NCBI GenBank assembly: GCA_030648955.1
Contig: JAUSHB010000013.1
Coordinates: 76,675-140,674 of the forward strand
Direction of reading: 5' to 3'
Length of the DNA stretch: 64,000 bases
DNA from: a bacterium
GTDB lineage: Bacteria; Patescibacteriota; Minisyncoccia; Phycocordibacterales; JAUSHB01
Shown here piece by piece: positions 57,109-64,000 of this stretch; positions within the stretch are counted from its first letter, which is position 1, and every line of letters starts with the position of its first letter. The translations under genes and the position numbers were made by a program. Below the pieces are notes generated by a model. That model saw nothing but the letters and a program-made list of their open reading frames with translations. It was not told the origin of the DNA and did no database searches.

Positions 57109-58233
57109 ATGAAAAAAGAAAAAAAATTATCTCGCGGGTTCACGGTATTTGAAATTTTGATCGTGCTGACTATTATTGCCACACTCTCCTCAATCATTGT
57201 TACTTCTTTTTCTCAATTCAGAAACACAAAAATTCTTGATACTGGGGTCGAAAATACAGTTTCTGTTCTTGCTAAAGCGCGAGGAAACACTTTGTCTTCA
57301 AAAAATTCCTTCCAGTATGGCGTACACCTAGAGGCGACTCAAGTAGTTCTTTTTCGGGGAGGGACCTATACTGTGGGTGATTCTAATAACGAGGTATCGC
57401 TACTCGACAGCTCTCTTGAAATTTCAACAATAGCTCTTACGGGGGGTGGATCCAACGTTATCTTTGACCGTCTGACCGGAAAAACAAGTCAAGGCGGAAC
57501 GATTATTATTCGCGTGAAATCAGATGTATCAAAAACAAAGACGATCACCATTAATGGAACAGGGTTGGTAAGTATGACTGATACCACCACCTCTGCATCA
57601 TATGCATTCAGCGAAGGTGCTGGACTCACCACAGCAGACTCATCAGGCAATGGAAATACGGGAACTCTCACGAATGATCCACTTTGGGTTGCAGGAAAGA
57701 ATGGCAACGGTCTCTTTTTTGATGGTATGAACAGCTATGTTGTTATTCCCAACACTTCCTCGGTCGATATTGGTGGCACAGATCTTACCATTTCTATGTG
57801 GGCAAAGATTATTAGCACTTCAAGCCTCGCTGATTACATCCTTGTTGCCAAACCATGGAACGCATCCACAATGTCCCCTCCATATTTTCAATACGATGTT
57901 GAATATGATAACAATGAAAATAAAACTGTCGACTTCTACTTTGGTGATACTACGAGCACAAACCGTGGTCCCTATAGTGTGACACCACCAGTAGACACCT
58001 GGACCCACATCGCCTTCACCTATGACGGAACATCAGTGAAAGGATACCTTGATGGCGTACAGGAGTTTTCCACTCCTACAACCGGGAGCATTCAAGCCCG
58101 CGGTCAATCTTTGCGCTTGGGCACCGACGGACAATTTTACCAAAACTACAATGGATCTCTTGATGATGTACGCATTTACAGTCGCGCGCTTACACAGGCG
58201 GAAATACAAACGGATATGAATACTCCGTTGTGA
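57109..58233 (+). CDS. Pseudopilin with C-terminal LamG/concanavalin-A-like domain
   Basis: Start at MKKEKKLSRG|FTVFEILIVLTII (class III prepilin signal); the C-terminal half resembles LamG (GNGLFFDGMNSYVVIP...LTISMWAKI...LDDVRIYSRALTQAEI). The longest ORF starts at 57055. Confidence 0.75.
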   Translation: MKKEKKLSRGFTVFEILIVLTIIATLSSIIVTSFSQFRNTKILDTGVENTVSVLAKARGNTLSSKNSFQYGVHLEATQVVLFRGGTYTVGDSNNEVSLLDSSLEISTIALTGGGSNVIFDRLTGKTSQGGTIIIRVKSDVSKTKTITINGTGLVSMTDTTTSASYAFSEGAGLTTADSSGNGNTGTLTNDPLWVAGKNGNGLFFDGMNSYVVIPNTSSVDIGGTDLTISMWAKIISTSSLADYILVAKPWNASTMSPPYFQYDVEYDNNENKTVDFYFGDTTSTNRGPYSVTPPVDTWTHIAFTYDGTSVKGYLDGVQEFSTPTTGSIQARGQSLRLGTDGQFYQNYNGSLDDVRIYSRALTQAEIQTDMNTPL

Positions 58234-58322
58234 TGCACGCACAGATAATCGCAACTATCCCCGTCAACCTTTCAGTCGCAGTAGTTTCCTTATTATAGAA
58301 ACGTACAACACGCAGGTAGCTG

Positions 58323-58943
58323 TTGATGACTAATTCAATTCACGTGTGGTATAATTTAATTCAAATGGACTTTCTTTCAAAAAAGAAAAAATACTTCAAG
58401 TACAGATTTGTCCCGTACGAAAGCGACGTTTTCAATATTAAAAATTCTGCGCGACATTCCAAGTATAGTACGAGATATTTTCGTACGGGATTCGGTCTCA
58501 TTGAAATTGTGATTGGTGCGACAATCCTTTCCACATCTCTTTTGGGGATCTCGTCTTATTATCAGCAAGCACTTCAAGTCAGTCAACAAACGGGAAATTC
58601 TGTGCAGGTCGCCTTTCTTATGGAAGAAGGAATGGAAATTGCAAAAATTTTTCGCGACACCAGCTGGACCAATATTTCTGGTCTTACCATGGGTGCAACA
58701 TATTATTTAACATGGAACGGAACTACATGGGCTACTACGACTACCAACACATTCGTCGATGGAATGTTTGAACGTACGCTGGTAGTCGACGATGTATATC
58801 GAGATGGGAATGATGATATTGTTACTTCGGGTGGGACAATCGATGACGGTGTAAAAAAGGCGACAGTATATGTATCGTGGAACGAACGGGGGGCAACAAC
58901 CACAAAAAGTATTTCCACATATATTACCGATTTTTTTAATTGA
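58323..58943 (+). CDS. Pseudopilin (prepilin-type N-terminus), unusually long leader
   Basis: RTG|FGLIEIVIGATILSTSLLGIS prepilin motif about 50 aa after the first ATG; the true start may be internal. Confidence 0.6.
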   Translation: MMTNSIHVWYNLIQMDFLSKKKKYFKYRFVPYESDVFNIKNSARHSKYSTRYFRTGFGLIEIVIGATILSTSLLGISSYYQQALQVSQQTGNSVQVAFLMEEGMEIAKIFRDTSWTNISGLTMGATYYLTWNGTTWATTTTNTFVDGMFERTLVVDDVYRDGNDDIVTSGGTIDDGVKKATVYVSWNERGATTTKSISTYITDFFN

Positions 58944-59554
58944 ACATGAACGAGCTTTTCAATATAAAACGGCTTATTCCAGGAGAGAGCAAATTATTTG
59001 GACTCAAAGATTTTGGATTGAGTTTCGCCAAAACAAAAAATCTAAAATCCAAAAGTTCCCCTAGGGGATTCACCCTCATTGAGATGGTTGTGTATGCTGC
59101 CGTGTTGGGCGTACTTTCAGTGCTCGCTATGAATTCTACACTCATCATGACGCAAGTTTACTCAAGCTTGCGAGCATCACGCGACCTCAATCAATCTGCA
59201 ACCACAGTACTCGAACGAATGACAAGAGAAATTCGTACCGCCAACGCAATTGATGTAAGTAGTGTCATTAATGCAAATCCAAGCGATCTTGTACTCAATA
59301 CAAAAGATTCGGGAGGGGCAAATACAACCATTGAATTTTATGTACTCAATGGTCTCATAAACATAAAAGAGGGTGGGGTGGCACAAGGGACTCTCATGAC
59401 ATCTTCCACTCAAGTAGATAATTTTGTCGTCCGGACAATAACCTCCACGAACTTTAAGGCGGTAAAAATAGAGCTAACAATGACTGCTACGCGTGGGACA
59501 AAATCAAAAACAAGGAATTTTTACAATACTATCGTTTTGCGCGATAGTTATTAA
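58940..59554 (+). CDS. Pseudopilin (prepilin-type N-terminus)
   Basis: PRG|FTLIEMVVYAAVLGVLSVLAM class III signal; 4-nt overlap with the upstream gene. Confidence 0.7.
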   Translation: MNMNELFNIKRLIPGESKLFGLKDFGLSFAKTKNLKSKSSPRGFTLIEMVVYAAVLGVLSVLAMNSTLIMTQVYSSLRASRDLNQSATTVLERMTREIRTANAIDVSSVINANPSDLVLNTKDSGGANTTIEFYVLNGLINIKEGGVAQGTLMTSSTQVDNFVVRTITSTNFKAVKIELTMTATRGTKSKTRNFYNTIVLRDSY

Positions 59555-59592
59555 CCGTGATTTAAACTGCCCAAATTAATAATAACTATTGC

Positions 59593-61419
59593 ATGAAAAT
59601 TCATACCACAAAACATACAAGCATCAATTCATCACACAAGCGCGGTGCCGCGCTTACTATTGCTGTTCTATTTTTTGTTCTTATTTCGATCGCAATCGTT
59701 ATGGGATCGATAAATCCCGTCATAAATGATTTTAAGTCTGGGAGTGAACTCATAAATTCAAAGCTTTCGTATTTTACCGCCGAAGCGGGGAATGAAGACG
59801 CAATCTATCGCACCAAGAAAGGCAAGCAAATGTCGAGTCCCGAGGTCACAGTTTTGAATGGCGGAACAGTTTCTGCTACAGTTGTGGACATTAGTTCAAC
59901 TGATAAGGAAGTGACGTCAAATAGTACCGTATATTCTCTTGCGCGTAACGTAAAAACAGTCCTGAATACGGGGGTGGGATCTGACTTTGTGTATGGCGCG
60001 CAAGTGGGCGAGGGAGGTTTGGTTATGAGTAATGGCACACAGGTTAAGGGAACGGGTGGCGCGGTAGGAAATGTGTATAGCAATGGTCCGATTTCCGGTT
60101 CAGGAAGTGCAAATATCACAGGGAGTGCAACTGTTGCAACAAGTGTACTACTCGACAGCAATCAATCTAATGTTTGTAACCAAGATAACATTTTAGGACA
60201 AACGAACCCTCAAATTGATTTTGCGCAAAGTTTTGTTCCTACACAATCAAAACCGATTTACAAAGTAAGTCTCTATATTAAAAAGGTGGGTTCCTCAAAT
60301 CCTCCCACTGCGTATGTAAAAATTGTTGCAGATAACGCGGGGTCCCCGGCAACAAGCGCTCTCGCAAGCGCAACTCTTCCGGTTGCACTAGTTACTACTA
60401 CATATGGGTGGGTAGACATAACCTTTTCAAGTCCCTATGCTGTTACTGCGGGACAGAAATACTGGCTTCTTATTGATGCGGGTCAAAATTCAACCAGATA
60501 TTGGGTGTGGTGTGGTGATTCAAATAATGGTTCGGGGAATGGTTTGGGAAAATACAAGCAAACATGGAGTACGAGCGGAACCTGGACACAAATCACGGGT
60601 GATCTCAATATTAAAACATATCTTGGCGCAGGACCGGGTACTATAAATAGCGTTGCTGTTGCTGGTAATGCATATGCAAATACTGTCACGAATAGTACTA
60701 TAACTGGGTCACTGTACTGTCAAACTGGTTCGGGAAACAATAAGTCGTGTAACACGGGATTAGCAGATCCTGCTCCACTCAACATGCCCCTCTCACAAGG
60801 AAATATTGACCAATGGAAGACAGATGCCGCTGATGGCGGAACAATTACGGGGAATTGCGGTGATTCAGGAGATCCTTCGTGCACCATAGCGAGCGGAAGC
60901 ACACTTTCATTAGGACCAAAAAAGATTGTGGGGAATCTCACTCTTACCAATACTCGCATGCTTAATATAACAGGAGTACTCTATGTGACGGGGACGGTAA
61001 ACATTTCAAATAACGGGGTTATTAAATGTGATGTGTCATTTGGTACTGATAGTTGTGTCTTGATCACCGATGGATCCATTGATGTAAGTAATAATGGCGT
61101 CGTGAATGGTTCTGGACAAACAGGGAGCTACGTCCTTATGGTTTCGACCATATCGGGATGTAATGGAAGTGGAGGAAGTGGATGCGCTCCTAGTTCGTCT
61201 GGTATTAACCTCGGGAATAATCTTGATGGCGGAATTTTTTATACGACAAATTCCATGATTAACATTTCAAATAACGCGGGAATAAAAGCGGTGGTTGGGT
61301 ATAAACTTAATCTATCAAATAATGTTGAAATTGAATACGAACAAGGTGTTGCAAATACGAATTTCTCATCGGGGCCGGGCGGAGGATGGAATGTAAAAAG
61401 TTGGAGTGAAGTGCAGTGA
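59593..61419 (+). CDS. Large PilX-N-like minor pilin / pilus-tip protein
   Basis: 608 aa; N-terminus KRGAALTIAVLFFVLISIAIVMG resembles the PilX N-terminal domain; long G/S/T/N-rich beta-rich body. Confidence 0.6.
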   Translation: MKIHTTKHTSINSSHKRGAALTIAVLFFVLISIAIVMGSINPVINDFKSGSELINSKLSYFTAEAGNEDAIYRTKKGKQMSSPEVTVLNGGTVSATVVDISSTDKEVTSNSTVYSLARNVKTVLNTGVGSDFVYGAQVGEGGLVMSNGTQVKGTGGAVGNVYSNGPISGSGSANITGSATVATSVLLDSNQSNVCNQDNILGQTNPQIDFAQSFVPTQSKPIYKVSLYIKKVGSSNPPTAYVKIVADNAGSPATSALASATLPVALVTTTYGWVDITFSSPYAVTAGQKYWLLIDAGQNSTRYWVWCGDSNNGSGNGLGKYKQTWSTSGTWTQITGDLNIKTYLGAGPGTINSVAVAGNAYANTVTNSTITGSLYCQTGSGNNKSCNTGLADPAPLNMPLSQGNIDQWKTDAADGGTITGNCGDSGDPSCTIASGSTLSLGPKKIVGNLTLTNTRMLNITGVLYVTGTVNISNNGVIKCDVSFGTDSCVLITDGSIDVSNNGVVNGSGQTGSYVLMVSTISGCNGSGGSGCAPSSSGINLGNNLDGGIFYTTNSMINISNNAGIKAVVGYKLNLSNNVEIEYEQGVANTNFSSGPGGGWNVKSWSEVQ

Positions 61420-61441
61420 TATTGTTGCTTGTGCGTATCAT

Positions 61442-61471
61442 AAAAAACACACCCAGTAAGGTGTGTTTTTT
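61442..61471 (+). terminator. Rho-independent terminator (AAAAAACACACC-CAGTAA-GGTGTGTTTTTT)
   Basis: Perfect stem followed by a T-tract at the end of the pilin operon. Confidence 0.6.
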
Positions 61472-61516
61472 ACAATACGACAAGACAGTATATGAAGAAA
61501 ATGCTAAAATATCGAT

Positions 61517-62296
61517 ATGAAGAAGAAAAAAATCATTGTTGGAAATTGGAAAATGGCGCCACAGACCATCGAGGAGGCAAAAAAGACTTTTGCGGGAATT
61601 AAAAAAATCGCGAGTACGTTGCGTAATGTCGATACGATTGTGTGCCCCCCATTTGTATTTGTGCATGAGCTTGGCAAACGAATTTCGGGGAAGCGATGTT
61701 TAATTGGTGCACAAGATGTGTTTTGGAAAGAAGAGGGTGCTTATACGGGAGAAATTTCCCCCTTGATGCTTCGTTCACTGGGTGCACGATATGTAATCGT
61801 GGGACACTCGGAACGGCGTGCGCTCGGCGAGACAGATGAAATGGTTTCAAAAAAAGTTGATGCATCTCTGCGCGTGGGACTCATGGTAATTATTTGTGTT
61901 GGGGAGCTATCACGAGATCAACACGGCGAATATACAAAGCGAATCGAAGAACAGTTAAAACAATCCTTGTCACGAGTGCAAAAAAAATCACTCCAAAGTA
62001 TTATTATTGCCTATGAACCCGTATGGGCAATCGGCGCAAACGCAATCCGTTCAGCATCTCCCGAAGACGTGCTCGAAATTTCCATTCTTATCCGCAAAGT
62101 TCTTACCAATATGTTCGACCGAGAATCATCACACATTGTTCCGATACTTTACGGCGGATCTGTCGATGCAAAAAATTGCGGCAGTTTTATGCGTGAAGGA
62201 GGCGCAGATGGACTATTGGTTGGCCGCGCGAGTCTTGATGGAAAACAATTTGGAGAAATACTTAAAGTTGCGGAACAATCCGCAAAAAAGAAATAA
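61517..62296 (+). CDS. tpiA: Triosephosphate isomerase
   Basis: 259 aa; IVGNWKM, catalytic His (VGHSERR), AYEPVWAIG, GGS motifs. Confidence 0.9.
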   Translation: MKKKKIIVGNWKMAPQTIEEAKKTFAGIKKIASTLRNVDTIVCPPFVFVHELGKRISGKRCLIGAQDVFWKEEGAYTGEISPLMLRSLGARYVIVGHSERRALGETDEMVSKKVDASLRVGLMVIICVGELSRDQHGEYTKRIEEQLKQSLSRVQKKSLQSIIIAYEPVWAIGANAIRSASPEDVLEISILIRKVLTNMFDRESSHIVPILYGGSVDAKNCGSFMREGGADGLLVGRASLDGKQFGEILKVAEQSAKKK

Positions 62297-62301
62297 CTAC
62301 C

Positions 62302-63444
62302 ATGCAAAAATTACCCTCTCTCGAAAACGCAAAAAATCTCAAAGGAAAACGCGTCCTTCTGAGGCTTGATTTCAATGTGCCCCTTAAGGGAGGAAGAGTG
62401 GTTGATGGGTATCGGATCAAATGTGCGCTTCCTACCATCAAGTTTTTGAAATCTCAAGGCGCAAAGACGATCATCATAAGCCACATCGGGAGTGATGGAG
62501 AAAAAAGTTTACGACCCGTAGCGCGTTATTTGAATAAAAAAATGAATGTGGGGTTTTACCCAAAGCTCGAAAGTCGCGATCTTCCGAATATTATTTCAGC
62601 AATGAAACATGGTGGTGTGATGATGCTTGAAAATTTGCGAAAAGATCCGGGGGAATTAAAGAATGATATGAATTTCGCAAAACGACTCGCCGTGCTGGGC
62701 GACGTCTATGTCAACGACGCATTTTCAGTATCGCACCGCGACCATGCATCGGTGGTCTTACTTCCCAAGCTTCTTCCTTCATATGCAGGATTTTTATTTG
62801 AGGATGAGGTGAGTCATCTTTCGCGCGCGCTTCGTCCGTCGCATCCGTTCCTTTTTATTTTAGGCGGCGCAAAATTTGGTACGAAAATTCCGCTCATTAA
62901 AAAATTTTTACGTGTTGCTGACAGAGTGTTTGTGGGCGGTGCGCTTGCTAATAATTTTTTCAAAGAGGCGGGATATGAGATTGGAACATCACTTTCCGAC
63001 AACGGTAATTTTAAACTAAAACCGCTTTTTAAAAATAAAAAACTCATAGTACCGTCTGACGTTATAGTAAAGACGAAAACGGAGACACTCGTGAAAGATA
63101 TAGGAAGTATCCGCGAGAGAGATTCTATTAAAGATGTGGGACCTAAAACAATTCGTGAAATTAAAAATGTTGTATCTCGGGCGAAATTCATTCTCTGGAA
63201 TGGGCCTCTCGGCAATTACGAAGAAGGGTTTGATAAAGGCACCATCGATCTTTTAAAAATTATTGCAAAGAGCAAGGCAGAATCGATTGTGGGCGGAGGA
63301 GATTCCCTCGCGCTGATTTCAAAACTTGGGTTTGAAAAGAAATTTACGTTTGTTTCCACCGGCGGCGGTGCCATGCTTGATTTTCTCGCGAACGGAACAC
63401 TTCCCGGCATCAAGGCGCTTCTCAACTCAAAAAAGAAATTATAG
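62302..63444 (+). CDS. pgk: Phosphoglycerate kinase
   Basis: 380 aa; RLDFNVP N-terminus, hinge and C-terminal nucleotide-binding motifs (GGGA...GTLPG). Confidence 0.9.
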   Translation: MQKLPSLENAKNLKGKRVLLRLDFNVPLKGGRVVDGYRIKCALPTIKFLKSQGAKTIIISHIGSDGEKSLRPVARYLNKKMNVGFYPKLESRDLPNIISAMKHGGVMMLENLRKDPGELKNDMNFAKRLAVLGDVYVNDAFSVSHRDHASVVLLPKLLPSYAGFLFEDEVSHLSRALRPSHPFLFILGGAKFGTKIPLIKKFLRVADRVFVGGALANNFFKEAGYEIGTSLSDNGNFKLKPLFKNKKLIVPSDVIVKTKTETLVKDIGSIRERDSIKDVGPKTIREIKNVVSRAKFILWNGPLGNYEEGFDKGTIDLLKIIAKSKAESIVGGGDSLALISKLGFEKKFTFVSTGGGAMLDFLANGTLPGIKALLNSKKKL

Positions 63445-63490
63445 AACATAAAAGATGCCGTCACATACCTTCTTTCTTTATATTATGTTA

Positions 63491-63524
63491 TTATACATTT
63501 CAAGTCATGACTTGAAATGTATAA
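63491..63524. promoter_or_regulatory. 34-bp perfect palindrome TTATACATTTCAAGTCA/TGACTTGAAATGTATAA (putative operator)
   Basis: Read directly; 40 bp upstream of the PaaX-like paralog start. Confidence 0.5.
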
Positions 63525-63564
63525 TAATTCTATGGTCTGTGGGTAATCAATAAAGTAAAGAAGA

Positions 63565-64000
63565 TATGAAAACATATAATAAGGGAGAACTTGCAAAAGA
63601 AATATTGAAAGGGCTTGCCCTTGGCGGATTTATCGTCGCATGTTTTGCTCTGCCGGGGCTTGCGCAGGTTGCGGTGTTGTTCAAGCCTAAAAAGTCATAC
63701 GACAAACACAGAATTTACCAAGCGGTTAAGGGGCTTCAAAAAAAGAAAATGGTAAGCATCTACGAAAAAGATGGTAAAGATGTCGTAGAAATCACTCAAG
63801 CGGGGAAGAGGAAAGTTCTCGAATACAATCTTGATGAGATGAAACTCAAGGTTCCCAAGAAGTGGGATGGATGGTGGCGCATGGTTATGTTTGACATTCC
63901 GCAAACAAAAAAAAGAGCTCGAGACGCTATCAGTTTCAAGATAAAAGAACTTGGCCTTTATCCAATCCAGAAATCAGTGTTTGTTTCGCCCTATCCATGC
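63565..64000 (+). CDS. PaaX-family-like regulator, second paralog (3'-truncated by the window end)
   Basis: Starts MKTYNKGELAKEILKGLALGGFIVACFALPGLAQVAVLFKPK...WDGWWRMVMFDIPQTKKRARDAISFKIKELGLYPIQKSVFVSP; aligns along its whole length with the 15999-16574 product. Confidence 0.55.

Noticed and set aside
1-64000. CRISPR array search
   Set aside because: No series of regularly spaced identical 25-40-bp repeats with unique spacers was seen. The GAAGCT arrays have 9-bp period without spacers, and the 53-bp repeats are tandem without spacers.

Overview
The window is gene-dense and low-GC (roughly 38-40% by eye). Its composition and gene content look like a Candidate Phyla Radiation (Patescibacteria / Parcubacteria-like) bacterium; this is inference from gene content, no search was run. 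It opens with the origin-proximal yidD-yidC-jag block. A roughly 11 kb minus-strand T4SS-like cluster follows (VirB4 ATPase, VirB6/TrbL-like channel, PrgI/VirB3-like protein, VirB2/TrbC-like pilin, several secreted or membrane proteins). Two four-helix-bundle (TIGR02436-like) genes are interleaved in it. Housekeeping genes are rsmA, pcrA, comM/yifB, dksA-like, rpsO, xerC/D, cca, yraN, hup, rny, clpP, tig, ppa, nusA, tpiA and pgk. There is a cell-wall module (LysM-M23 peptidase, CHAP protein, PG-binding protein). A signal-transduction island holds a PAS histidine kinase, a REC-REC regulator and a 7TM histidine kinase. A type IV pilus / T2SS-like operon (PilB, PilC, four pseudopilins including a LamG-domain one and a 608-aa PilX-like one) sits near the 3' end. 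Four tRNAs are present: Arg-TCG, Gly-GCC, Pro-TGG and Trp-CCA. Features not explained by genes: (i) GC-rich GCCTGCC/GGCAGGC palindromic islands at five loci, one in-frame inside jag; (ii) a 9-bp-periodic GAAGCT/AGCTTC repeat family that builds long bulged hairpins in at least six intergenic loci and once inside a CDS; (iii) a tRNA-Pro enclosed in a perfect 22-bp leader/trailer helix beside a 5'-half pseudo-copy; (iv) a free-standing HTH-LAGLIDADG gene between two tRNAs; (v) a direct repeat of the tRNA-Trp 3' end about 440 bp downstream, enclosing tandem 53-bp repeats that also occur after the first kinase; (vi) two PaaX-like paralogs, each with its own long perfect palindromic putative operator; (vii) a Kazal-type domain in a secreted protein. 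No CRISPR array, rRNA or transposase was seen.
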